64,000 bases of DNA, taken from Mobula hypostoma. Its lineage: Eukaryota. The stretch is from positions 170,502,001 to 170,566,000 of the forward strand of contig NC_086097.1 in assembly GCF_963921235.1 (NCBI RefSeq), written 5' to 3'. Of this stretch, positions 35,010-46,478 are shown piece after piece. The position numbers were made by a program, and so were the translations under genes. The notes below the pieces were generated by a model, which did no database searches, was not told the origin of the DNA, and saw only the letters and a program-made list of their open reading frames with translations. Positions within the stretch are counted from its first letter, which is position 1. Each line of letters begins with the position of its first letter.

Positions 35010-37385
35010 GGCAAAGGAATGCTTGGTATGTGGGAGGCTGTCAAAAATGAAATATTGAGAGTACAGTGTTTGTATAGTCCTGTTAAAATAAAAGGTGAGG
35101 CTAACAAATTACAGGTACCTTGGTTTTCAAGGGATATTGAGGCACTGGTTAAGAAGAAGAAGGAAGTGCATAGCTGATTTAGGCAGCAGAGAACAAATGA
35201 GATACTTAAGGAGTATATGAAATGCAAGAGAATATTTAAGTGAGAAATCAGGAAGGCTAAAAGAAGGCACGAGATCTGGCAGACAAGGTTAAAAGAATCT
35301 CAAGGGCTTCACAGTTATTGAAGAGCTAAAGGATCGCAAGGGACAAAACTGGTCACTTGAAGATCAACATCATTATCTATGTATGAAGCCAAAAGTCAAT
35401 TTAAGATTTCTCTCAAGATCTTAAACTGAGTTTTTGCATCGGCACTTGCTTAGGAGACTGACACCGAGCCTACAGAAGTGAGGCTAAGCAATAGAGAAGG
35501 AAAGGACTGGATCCAGAGTACAGAAGGGGAAGTATTTGAGGTCTTGAGGCAAATTAGAATGGATAAGCCCCCAAGGCCTGACAAGGTGTCCCCTTGGACC
35601 TTGTGGGAGGCTAGTGCAGAAACTTCAGAGACACAGGCAGAGATATTTAAAACATCTTTAGCCAAGAGTGAGGCACCAGAGGACGGAGGTTAGCTAATGT
35701 TTTTTTTTGTTGTTCAAGAATAAACCAAGAAATTATAGGTCAGTTAGCCTGATGTCAGTAGTGGGTATATAATTGGAAGATATTCTAAGGGACAGGATAT
35801 AAATACTTAGATAAACTGGGCCTGATTAGGGATAGTGAACATGGCTTTACGCATGCTAGATTGAGTCTATTCAACCTTATTGAATTCTTTTGAGGAGATT
35901 GCCAGGAAACGCAGTGGATGTTTTCTACATGGACTTTAGTAAGGCCTTTGACAAAGTTCACAACATTCAGTCACTTGGCACTCAGGATGAAGTATTAAAT
36001 TGGATTCAACATTGTCTAATCTAAGTGGGAGAAGTCAGAGAGTGGAAGTAGCTGGTTGCTCTCTGAATGGAGGACTGTGGCTGGTGGTGTGCCATAGGGA
36101 TCAGTGCTGGATCTGCAGCTGCTTGTCATTTGTATTAATGACCTGGATGATAATGTGGTTAAGTGGATCAGCATATTAGCGGATGACACTAAGACTCAGG
36201 ATGTAGTGATCAAACCCTGCAGTGGGATCTGGACCAGATGGAAAAATGAGCTGTAAAATGGCAGATGGAATTTAATGCAGACATGTGTGAGGTGTTGCAC
36301 TTTGGGATAATAAAACTGGGTAGGGCTTACACAGGCAGTGGTAGGGCACTGAGGTGTGCTGTAGAATAGAGGGATCTGGGAACCCTGATCCATAATTGGA
36401 CAGAGTGGATGTGGCAAAGTTGTTTCCCATGATGGAGGAGTCTAGTACAAGAGGGCATGACTTAAAGATTGAAGGGCGCCCATTCAGAACAGAAATGCAA
36501 AGAAATTTTTTTAGTCAGAGGGTGGTGAATTTATGGAATTTGTTGCCACGGGTGGCAGTGGAGGCCAAGTCATTGGGTGTATTTAAGGCAGGTATCTGTA
36601 GCCAGGGCATCAAAGGTTATGGTGAGAAGGCGGGGGAGTGGGATTAAATGGGAGAATGGATCAGCTCATGATAAAATGGCGGAGCAGACTCGACGGGCCA
36701 AATGGCTGACTTCTGCTCCTTTGTCTTACGGTCTTATAATTCCCTGAAAGTGGCATTACAGGCAGGTAGGACTGTAAAGAGAGCATTTGTCATGTTGGCC
36801 TTCATAAATCAGAGTACTGAGTACTGGAGTTGGTATGTACGTTGAAGCTGTATGAGATGTTGGTGAAGCTAAAATTTAGAGTATTGTGTGCAGTTCTGGT
36901 CTCCTATCTACAGGAAAGGTGTAAACAAAATTGACAGGGTACAGAGAAAACCTACAAGGATGTTGCTAGGACTTGAGGACCCGAGTTGAATAGTTTGAAT
37001 AGATTAGGACTTTATTCCTTGAAGTGTAGGGAAATGAGAGGAGATTTGATATAAGTAAGTAAAATTATGAAGGGTATAAATAGGGTCAATGCAAGCAGGC
37101 TTTTTCCGCTGAGGTTGGATGAAGCTAGAGCTAGAGGTCATAAACTAAGGATTAAAAATGAAATGTTTAAGGAGAACATTAGAGGAATTTCTTTATTCAG
37201 GGAGTGATGGGATTGTGAAAGGAGTGGAGATGGATTTGATTGTAAAGTTTGCATAAATATATGGATGGGACAGATATGGAGGGCTATGGTCCAAATGTGT
37301 GCCAATGGGACTAGGGAGAGTAACAGTGCAGTATGACTAGATGGTCTGGAGGGCTGTTTCTATGTTGTACTACCCTGTGACTCTG
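35010..37385 (+). mobile_element. Degenerate CR1 LINE ORF2
   Basis: MDKPPRPDKVSPWTLWEA, ggactttagtaaggcctttgacaaagt (DFSKAFDKV), ggtgtgccatagggatcagtgctgg (GVP.GSVL), gcggatgacactaag (ADDTK). Confidence 0.88.
36398..36735 (+). mobile_element. Younger CR1 3' end nested in CR1, 6-bp TSD
   Basis: DRVDVAKLFPM..TRGHDLKIEGRPFRTEMQRNFFSQRVVNLWN; ATAATT at 36392-36397 and 36736-36741; host reads IHNSLKVA once the insert is removed. Confidence 0.85.
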
Positions 37386-37584
37386 TGATGCTATATGTGA
37401 GTGATAATAAACCTGAAATGAGAGGCATTAAAATAATCTCAAAGAATGACTAGTTATCTAATGCTGAAGGAGGATATGTTTCCCTGTTACTTTGTTGCTC
37501 ATCGTTACTCTAGCCAAAATGATTTCAAAAGGAGTATTGATTAATTCCGATGTCTAGAACTGCCAGTTCACTACTATCTTTCTT

Positions 37585-38130
37585 AGCAGCTTAAAGAGAT
37601 TAGGTATGTCACCAAGTACTCCAACAAACTTCCACAGATGGAGTGTTGAAGGTATCTTGAGTAGTTGCATCACAACATGTTATATCAGTTCTAAGAAGGC
37701 AAGAGGCTGCAAAAAGTAATCAACACGGCCTGATCCAACAAGCCACCTCCCTCCCAACCACTGACAGCACCTACCTGAGGTACTGCCTCATGTAGTCTGC
37801 ATTTATCATCGTGTCCCCATGTCATCTTTCTGCTGTCTTCAGGCCAGATGCACAGAAGACCCACATCACCAGGTGAGGAGCAGTTACTTTCCTACGACCA
37901 TTAGGTTCTTGAATTGACCTGCACAGCCCTAACCCTACCGTGGACTTGGCTGTGATGTATTTTGTTTGCACCGATACTGTATCTTGTTATCACAGTTTTT
38001 TACTGCACTCTTCTATAATGTTATGTTTGGTGTATTGTCTTATGTACATGTGATGCTGCTGGAGGCATTTTTCTGTGTACCTGTACCTCACCATGTTTGT
38101 GCTCATGACAATATACTCAACTTGACAGGA
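37585..38130 (+). mobile_element. Old Rex1/Babar fragment
   Basis: LKRLGMSPSTPTNFHR..VEGILSSCIT-like segment and a Rex-type 3' UTR. Confidence 0.62.
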
Positions 38131-38739
38131 TGACTTAATTGGTTTGAAGTTAGTGATAACGTAGGCAGTGAGGGGTTTCCCTTTGCAAATTAAACCCTGA
38201 GTGTGTGGTGAGACACAAATGCCTTTTAAGCAGCAGATTGCTAGTGGCAGCAATGCCACACTGTTGTCAATTCGGGGTGCTCAGGGGATCAGAGGGATCA
38301 CCATACAAAACAAACCGTGATTCAGCAAGAACGGAGGAAGCTTCGATCAATGAAAGTTGACTTGCAAGATTCACACACATTTAGCATGGTGAATGATGGC
38401 AGATTAGTAGGAATTGTTCTCGCTCCTAAATGGAAACAGCAAGAGGGATGACACCAGCAATAACTTGGATTGATAGTGAAACATTCCAAAGTGTTATCAA
38501 ACAAAATCTGCTGCTGAGCTGCGTAAGGAGATTCAGAAACACTCTGTCTATATGGGTGAAAGAAACAGAATGAATCAGGGCCTTCAAGAAGGAATTGTTT
38601 GGGCTCCTCTGGGAGAATAATTTGCAGGACTGGGGGAAGGAAACTTGAAGGGCTGAATGGCTATCTTCTGTAACAATGTTATAATTCTAAAGAAGTGTTA
38701 GGTGTTGCAATTGAAAGTTGGCTTAAAGAAATAACTTGT

Positions 38740-38915
38740 GAGGAGGAACAAATAGTATGCTGGAGGAATTCCGTAAGTTGATTTCTGGAGAGGCAGGAGC
38801 TGTCAGTGTTTCAACTCACAACCTCGATGGTTCCTTTCTCACACAGATTCTGCATAACCAGCTGAGGTCCTTTAGCAGATTGTTTGTTGCTCCAGGTTCC
38901 ACCATTTGCCATTTC
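38740..38915. repeat. Degenerate Penelope-terminal palindromic repeat
   Basis: tgctggaggaattc..cacacagattctgcataaccagctgaggtcctttagcagattgtttgttgctccaggttcc. Confidence 0.45.
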
Positions 38916-39411
38916 TAGGTTATAAGGAAGGTGAGATAGTAGAGCTTAGAGGCCAGGTACATGTGAGAACAGCCACCGAAGGTGACAGAAGTACTGATGA
39001 GGCAGACAGTAAACCCAGACTCAGTGGGTTCATAGATTTTGAGGACAGCAGGGGAGATGGGAGTCTGGTTGGGGTTTAGGGACAAGGATGAGGAGGAGTT
39101 AGAGTGCAGGGGTAGTAAATGAAGTGTCTGCACTGGGCTTCAAGTTCAGGGAGGAGCACTCCATGGTCTAAAATCAGTGATCCCAGAAGTCACATTGCAG
39201 GTACTGAGAATACCAACAGTCTCCAATTCAGAGATTGGTTCCAGGTTAGAAGTCCGAATGAGCACTGAGTCCTGGGTATAGGTGGGAGTCACCAGGGCTT
39301 GTGACACCCTAGTTCACCAGGTCTGGAAGTTGAGACCCAGAGATAAAACGTGACAAAATTTGGGGAGCAAAGATCAAGTCACCAGGTCATCTGTGTAAGT
39401 TTGGAAGCCAA

Positions 39412-39675
39412 GGCCTGAAGATCAAACCTATGATCAGTTTCCTGGAGTGAAGTCCGAAGTCAGAGGTCCAAAGTCTGCGAGCTTGAGAATCCAGGGACAA
39501 GGACTGGAGGCCTAGAGTGGCAGTTCCTGCGTTTAGAGGCCTGTCTGGGCCTGAAGATCAAACCTATGGTCAGTTTCCTGGAGTGAAGTCCAAAGTTGGA
39601 GGTCTAAAGTCTGAGAATCCAGAGACAAGGACTGAAGGCCTAGAGGTGGCGTTTCCTGCGTTTGGAAGCCTGTCT
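39412..39675 (+). repeat. Imperfect tandem duplication (~136 bp unit) inside an unclassified LINE-tailed repeat (~39140-39926)
   Basis: ggcctgaagatcaaacctatg.tcagtttcctggagtgaagtcc starts at 39412 and 39548; both copies end gcctgtct. Confidence 0.85.
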
Positions 39676-40659
39676 AGGTAGTGAGTGGGTGGTGGATAGT
39701 AGGGATGGGAAAGGCGCCTGTTTTCCTTTTGTTCTCTTGTTGTGCTGCTGTTGCTTGCTTGCGTTGTCCTGCCCAATATTGTGGGCTTGCTACGTTGGCT
39801 CCAGAATGTGTGGCAACACTTGAAGACTGCCCTCAGCACATCCTGGGTCTGCTGTTGATATACACAATGGGTGCATTTTACTGTAAGTTTTGATGTACCT
39901 GCGATAAGTGAATTAGAATCAGAATGCAACACACCAGGTTCGATACTGAACTCAGGTGCTGTATGAGTGGCACCTGTACCACCTTCCTGTGTCCACAATG
40001 ACAAACACAAAATACTGAAGGAACTCAACAAGTTGGAGGCATCTATGGAGAGGAACTGTGCTTGTGATTTCCTTGTGTCCATGTGGGTTTCTTAGGTAAT
40101 CTATTTCCTCCCAGAAATCTCCTATTGGTAAATCGTTGGTACTGTAAGTTGCTCCCAGTCTAGGGCTGGGGTGTGGGTATTAATGGGTGTGTGAGAGGGA
40201 GTCAGTGGAGGGGAGGCTGGTTTTCATGATGGACTGGGCTGTGTCCTCAGCTCTCTTCAATTTTTTGTGATCTTGGGCAGAGGAGTTGCCATGCCAAGTT
40301 GTGATATGTATATTGGGATAGGATGCTTTCCATGGTGCATTGTAAAAATACTGTACATGGAGAAACCAGCATCTCAGAGATCCACTTCATATATCACTGG
40401 AATAACTTTACTTTTGATTCATCAATCCTGAAAGAAAATCCTACAAGGCTCTCCCTCACAACTACAAGAGATGACCGTAAGCCCTCCTTTGGACAGGTTT
40501 GGAAGAGAGTAGCTCAAGAAGGCAACTCCCTTCCAGACCTACCCAGTGGAGGGTGTCAGTCTCTGTTACTGTTTCCATTCATGCTGTTTGACCTCCAATA
40601 TTTTCTGATTTTATTTCATATTTCCAATATCTGCATCTATTGCTTGATTTTTCCATTGG

Positions 40660-41537
40660 CTGAGTGATGCCACAGTAACAACCACCTACTCAATGTCAGC
40701 AAGACCAAGGAGCTGATTATTGACTTCAGGAGGAAGGAACCGGAGGTCCATGAGTCAGTCTTCATTGGCAATTGGAGGTGGAGAGGACCAACAACTTCAA
40801 TTCCTCAGTATCATCATTTCAGAGCACCTGTTCTGGGCCTGGCACATAAATGCATTTACGAAGAAAGCACAGCAATGTCTCTACTTCCGTAGGAGTTTAC
40901 GAAGATTTGGTATGACATCTAAAACTTTGATAAACTTCTATAGATGTGTACATTGTATATTGACTGGCTGTATCACAGGCTGGTATGGAAGCCCCAATGC
41001 CCTCGAACATAAAATCTTACAAAATTAGTGGATATAGTCCATTCCATTTTTGGGAAATCCCTCCCTGCCACTGAGCACATCTACATGGAGTATCGTTACA
41101 GTAAAGCAGCATCCATCACTGGGGATCTCCACACCCAGATCATGCTCTCTTCTCACTGCTGTCATCAGGAAAAAGGTACAGGAGCCACAGTATTCACGCC
41201 ACCAGGTAAGGAACAGTTATTACCCCTCAGTCAACAGGTTCTTGAACCAGAGTGAAAACTTCACTCAATTCCCTTGAACTGTTCCCACAACCTGTGGACT
41301 CACTTTCAAGAACTTTTAATCTCATGTTTCTGATTTTTATTGCTTAATTATTATTATTATGATTGCTCCTTCTTTTTGTATTTGCACAGTTTGTTGTCCA
41401 TACTGTTGGTGCAGTCTTTCGTTGATTCTTGTTATGGTTATTGGATTTATTGAGTATGCCCACAAGAAAATGAATATCAGGGTTGAAACTAGTGACACAA
41501 ATACACATTGTTAATAACTTTACTTTGAACTTTGAAC
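40660..41537 (+). mobile_element. Rex1/Babar LINE, 5'-truncated
   Basis: LNVSKTKELIIDFR, KKAQQCLYFRRSLRRFGMTSKTLINFYRC..ILTGCITGWYG; (TTTGAAC)2 tail. Confidence 0.87.
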
Positions 41538-42164
41538 CTCATTGCCAATTAGAAATGGTTAATAAACATCTGGTCCTACCAGCTGTGCTCACATGTGAAT
41601 GAATGAAAAGGTAAGGGATACTAATGTAACAAAATAGAAGAGAATTAAGTATCCTCACATTCTAACCCTGGCATAAGAATTAACTAACATTCATTTAGAA
41701 ATATTTATTAACTTTGCACTAATTGTGTGGCTCCAGCTAATGCATAAAACAATATATTTTGTCACCCAAGTGACAACGTCATTAATAATTTGTAATTTAG
41801 CGAGACAAAATGAATCATGCAAAATGTTCCCGAAGGATACAATCAATTCCTGGTGCTCATTATACTTTGCTAATTTTAGACATATTGGAATAAAAATGTC
41901 TTTTGCTGATAATTACATTGAAAATAGGCAATATTTTTGTGAAGGAGAAAGACAATAGTAAGGGCTATATTGTACAAAGGGAAAGTGATGGAAGACAAGT
42001 GGCAGTTCTAACTAAGCTATTTGCCCTCCGTGCCACACAAGAGTTTTAAAACATTTTTCATTTCAAATACACCCACAGTTAGATTTTCCAAACAAGGTGC
42101 ATGAAAATTTGAACTGAGATCAGGTGTATGGAGCTTAATGATTGTCCACTGGATTTAACATTGC

Positions 42165-42640
42165 CAAGAGTTGTAAGAGGTTTAGTAGGGTGCTGCCTGG
42201 ATTAGAGGACATGCACAATAAGGGAAAATTGGACAAATGAGTTTTTTTTTCTGGAGCCATGGAGACTGAGGGGAGAGTTGGTAGAAGTTTATAAAATTAT
42301 GAAAGGAATCAATGAACAGCTAGTATCTTTTTCGCAGGGTCAAAATAGCTAATACTGGAGGTCATGCACTTAAGGTGAAAGGGGAAAAGTTTAAAGGAGA
42401 TGAGCAGCGTAAGTTTTTTTTGACATAGAATGTGGAGGCTGTCTGGAATGCCCTGCCAAGGATGATGGTGGAGGCAGATAGAAAAGAGATATTTTAAAAC
42501 GCTCTTTGATAGGGTCATGGAAGAATATGGACTATGTGCAGACAGAAGGGATTAGATGTAATTAGCTTAATTAGTTTGCCACAACATTGAGGACTGAAGG
42601 GCCTTTTCCTCTTTTTTTAAAATCTATGTTCTATGTTGTT
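42165..42640 (+). mobile_element. CR1 3' fragment
   Basis: gaggtttagtagggtgctgcctggattagagg..actggaggtcatgcacttaaggtgaaagggg; ctatgttctatg tail. Confidence 0.78.
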
Positions 42641-42924
42641 CTCATCGGGCAAAAGTATTCTGATGGAGATTCCCTAATAATTGTTATGTATGTGGTTTGT
42701 TGGTAATTTTGTACCACAGAGCTGCACATACTAGGAATTGGATTAGAAAAACCTCATCTGATTTAGAAGAAGCAAGTGTGGAAACTTTAGTTTCTGCGGG
42801 ATTCTATCGAGGAAATGAAAAATTGTGAAAATTCCCCGGAGTTTGGAATGGAAAGGATACTGGTGTCTCAGTTTTGTTTTTCTCTCTGACCATTAGGACA
42901 ACATTGTTAACATTGGAGTTGTTC

Positions 42925-43335
42925 AAGTTTATTGTCATTGGATTGTACAGTTATACAACAAAATGAAACAGCATTCTTCTGGGCCATGGTGCACCCACAA
43001 AACATATATCTCACACAGCACATACACCAAAATAAGTTGATGGAGTATAACTCAAAATGCATGTAGTGTGCAGCACAGGTGAACAGGAAACTGTAAACAG
43101 CTAGATGTCTTAGTGATGAGACCTCCGTGATAGCTGGGTATCATTAGTCACACAGCCTGAAGGAAGGAGCTGTTACCCAGTCAGGCCAGGCTGTCCTGGT
43201 CCTGATGTTTCTATACCCTCTTCTGGATGCTAGTGGGTCAAGGAGATGGTGGGACGGCTGGTAGGGATCTTCAACAATGTTTTGGGCCGGGCCCTTTGTC
43301 CGCAACACTCCCTGTAGACATCATAAATGGGGGTG
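42925..43335 (-). mobile_element. Rex1-type 3' fragment
   Basis: caagtttattgtcatt polyA end; cagcctgaaggaaggagctgttacccag..ctataccctcttctggatg. Confidence 0.5.
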
Positions 43336-43589
43336 GGGGGTGGGGTATGAACAGAGTCTCCACACCTTTTTATTTCTTCCTCCTTAAAAAGCTCCATCTC
43401 TCGCCCATCTTGCCTGAATGCTCCAGTAAAGCTTATCCATGAATATATTACTACTTATCCTAATTGTTTCAAGTTGCTCTTGAACTCCATACTTTATTGT
43501 CAATGGACTGGAAGCTATCTGTGACATGTGCCAACTCCTAAGTCTCATCCTCCCACTAACTCTGTGTTCACCAGCCCATAAAAGCTCTC

Positions 43590-43916
43590 ATATATTGAAA
43601 AGACTAGGTAGGTTGGATGTTTCCTATGGTGGGAGTATCCAGAACTAGAGGGCACAGCCTCAAGACTGAGGGGCGACCCCTTAGAGGTAAGTGGAATTGT
43701 TTTAGCCAGAGAGTGCCACAGGCTGCAGTGGAGGCCAAGTCTGTTGGTATGTTTAAAGCAGAAGTTGAGAGTTTCCTGATCGGTCAGGGCATCAAAGGAT
43801 ATGGTGAGAAGACAGGTGTATGGGGTTGAGTAGGATCTGGGATCAGCCATGATGCAATGGCAGAGCAAACTTGATGGGCTGAATGGCCTAATTCTGCTCC
43901 TATGTCTTATGGTCTT
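43590..43916 (+). mobile_element. CR1 3' end
   Basis: MFPMVGVSRTRGHSLKTEGRP; ctatgtcttatggtctt tail. Confidence 0.82.
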
Positions 43917-44269
43917 GTCTCAGGGGTATGGTGATAGAGGACTCAGCATTGCTGTCTCATTCCTCCAACAGTTTGTGTTAGATCTCGACCTTTGCCGCTG
44001 TCTGTGTGCAGAGTTTGTACATTCTGTGTGGGTTTTCTCCAGAATACTCTGGTTGCCTGCCCAATCCCAAGAATGTACCAGTTGGTAGATGAATGTTCTA
44101 GTTCAAATATAGGCAGCTACAGGAGAATTGGATGGGAATGTGAGAGATTGGTTTACAGGTGGTGGGTGAGATTGATGGGATTGCCCTGAGATGGACTAGA
44201 ATGGCTAAATGCCCTCCTTCTATGCTGAGCAAAAATATGAAATAAATCCTTTCATGGACTCAGCTCTTC

Positions 44270-44550
44270 CTAATTCCATAATCTTCACCTGCTCTGAAAC
44301 ATTTTCACCATTATCTCCAATTCTGGTCTCTTGTTTGCCCCTGTTTTGATTGCTCTTCCACTGAAAGCCTCACCCTTGGACATAAGCTCTGGAATTCCTT
44401 CCTCAAATTTCTTTGTCCCTCCACCTCCTTTTCTTCCTTCAAAAAAATTTTTATACTGACCAGATTGACGAAGCCTTGGATCACATTACATCCAATTATG
44501 TGTCTTATTTCTATTTGATAGCATTCACATGAAGCACCTTAGAATATATT
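44270..44550 (+). mobile_element. Old L2-type LINE 3' end
   Basis: taagctctggaattccttcctcaaa..ctccacctccttttcttccttcaa..gacgaagccttggatcac resembles the L2 LWNSLP..LSSFK..LKT end. Confidence 0.5.
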
Positions 44551-45146
44551 AGGAGACATCAACACTGATTTAATGGGAAAACATTAGAGATAACAATAGA
44601 TGTGCAGTAAATTTATATCTTGTAGCTCCGTTGCCTCAAAACTTCTTAATAGAGCTTAGTTTCATTTGGATGAATATGTAAATTCAAAAGAATCAAAACG
44701 GTCCACGGGGTTTGCATCCATAATTTTTATTCATTCAGCTACAGGACCTGGATGTTACTGGTGACTTATTGTCCATGCACACTTTACCCTAGAAAAGCTA
44801 TAAAGAGTCATTTGTGTTTGTGATTTTGGAATCACAGATAGACCAGAGTGAGGGTAAGAATACCAGAGTTCCAACTCCAAGGACATTTGTGAATCTGGGA
44901 GGTGGGGAGGGGCTGTTGAGTTTACAAGCATCCACTGGCTTCATAGTTACTTTAAAACATAAAACAGTTTTGCCCACAATTTTGTGTAGAACTATAAAAA
45001 TCTACTCCATAATTTAACCCTCTTTCACACGAACTATAAAGCTCCATTTTTCTTACTTCCACGTGCCAATCTAAGAGTTTTTTTAAATGTCCCTAATGTA
45101 TCGGCCTCTAAGAACCACCCCCACCAGTGTGTTCCAGACACATACC

Positions 45147-45148
<2 letters not shown>

Positions 45149-45186
<38 letters not shown>
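45149..45186. repeat. (TG)19 microsatellite
   Basis: Direct reading. Confidence 0.95.
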
Positions 45187-45190
<4 letters not shown>

Positions 45191-45240
45191 AACAACCATC
45201 TCAGCCATCTTCCCTAAATTTTCATCTACTCACCTTAAAT

Positions 45241-45320
45241 CAGGGGTTCCCAACCTTTTTAATGCCATGGACCCCTACCATTAACTGAGGGGTCCATGGA
45301 CTCCAGGTTCGGAACCTCTG
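45241..45320. mobile_element. 80-bp hAT (Charlie-like) MITE
   Basis: TIRs CAGGGGTTCCCAACCT / AGGTTCGGAACCTCTG; 8-bp TSD CCTTAAAT (45233-45240) / CTTTAAAT (45321-45328); internal hairpin CCATGGACCCC..GGGGTCCATGG. Confidence 0.82.
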
Positions 45321-46214
45321 CTTTAAATAGATGTCCTCTGCTATTGGCCATTTGTCATATTGGGAAAATGTGCCGGTTGTCCACTGTACCTATGCCTCTC
45401 GTAATCCTGTGCACCTCGATCAGGTGGTTTTTCACTCTACACCACTTCAGCAAGAAAAGCCCTAGCTCACTCAACTTTTCCTCATAAGACAAGTTCTTTA
45501 ACTCAGGCAGCATCCTGGTAAATCTCTGCACCATCTCCGAAGCTTCCTCATCCTTCCTATAATGAGTCGACGAGAAGTGCACTCCGTTTGGTCTAACCAG
45601 AGTTTTATAGAGTTGCAACATTGCCTTGTGGCTCTTGAACTCAATCCTCCACTCACTGAAATCCAGAGATTCTAATTATTTTGGCTGAAATTCCTCAGCT
45701 TTCATCATGGTATATCTTTGGATTCATGTCTCAGATCTCTGTCACTCATGACTTAACTATTACGTGACCTCCTACTCTCTTGGCTGTGATTAAGTTGGAG
45801 AAGAATCAGAAACGAATTTTTTCCCCAGGATAGGGGAAACTAAAATTAGAAAATATGGGTTTACGGTGAAAGGGGAAAGATTTGAAGGCGATCTGAGAGG
45901 CAAGTTTGTCACACACAGGGCAGTGGGTATATGGAATGGGCTACCAAAGGATCTGGGGCAATTACGATATGTAAACTAACATTTGGATAGACAGGAAGGG
46001 TTTAGAGGGCTATGGGCCAAACATGGGCAAAACAGTTTAGCGAGGCTTTTTGCTGATTCAGTAAACCAACCAACAACCTCACTGACCCCGAACATTTGCT
46101 CTTCTCCTCCCCGTCATCAAGCAGAAGTTGTAAAAGCCTGAAAACAACACATACCATCAAGCTCAAGGATAGCTTCTATCCTGCTGTTATAGAGCCACTG
46201 AATGGTTCACAAGT

Positions 46215-46478
46215 GGAGTCTAGGACCAGAGGACAGTCTCAGAATAGATGAACATCGCTTTGGAACAGCAATGAGGAGGAATTTCCTTAGCCAGAGGGTG
46301 CTGAATCTGTAGAATTCATTGCCACAGATGACTGTGGAGGCCAAGTCATGGAATAAATTTAAAGCTGAGGTTGATAGGTTCTTGATTAGCATGGGTGTCA
46401 AAGGTTATGGGGGTGGGGGAGGGAGGGAGGGGGTTGAGACAGATCATAAATTAGCCATGATGGAATGGCAGAGCAGAC
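46215..46478 (+). mobile_element. CR1 3' end (resumes at 49470-49519 after a nested insertion)
   Basis: NFLSQRVLNL.NSLPQ; the 3' UTR gcagagcagac is continued by gcaatggaccaaattgcctaattctgctcctatgtcttatggtctta at ~49473. Confidence 0.8.

Larger units (their letters stand above)
45030..45660 (-). mobile_element. CR1 3' fragment containing a (TG)n and a hAT MITE
   Basis: MLQLYKTLVRP..VQRFTRMLPELKNLSYEEKLSELGLF. Confidence 0.8.

Noticed and set aside
39570..40082. 170-aa minus-strand ORF
   Set aside because: Spans several unrelated repeat fragments; probably chance
40323..40667. 114-aa ORF in partly unique sequence
   Set aside because: Begins and ends in repeat-derived sequence; no domain or convincing splice signals
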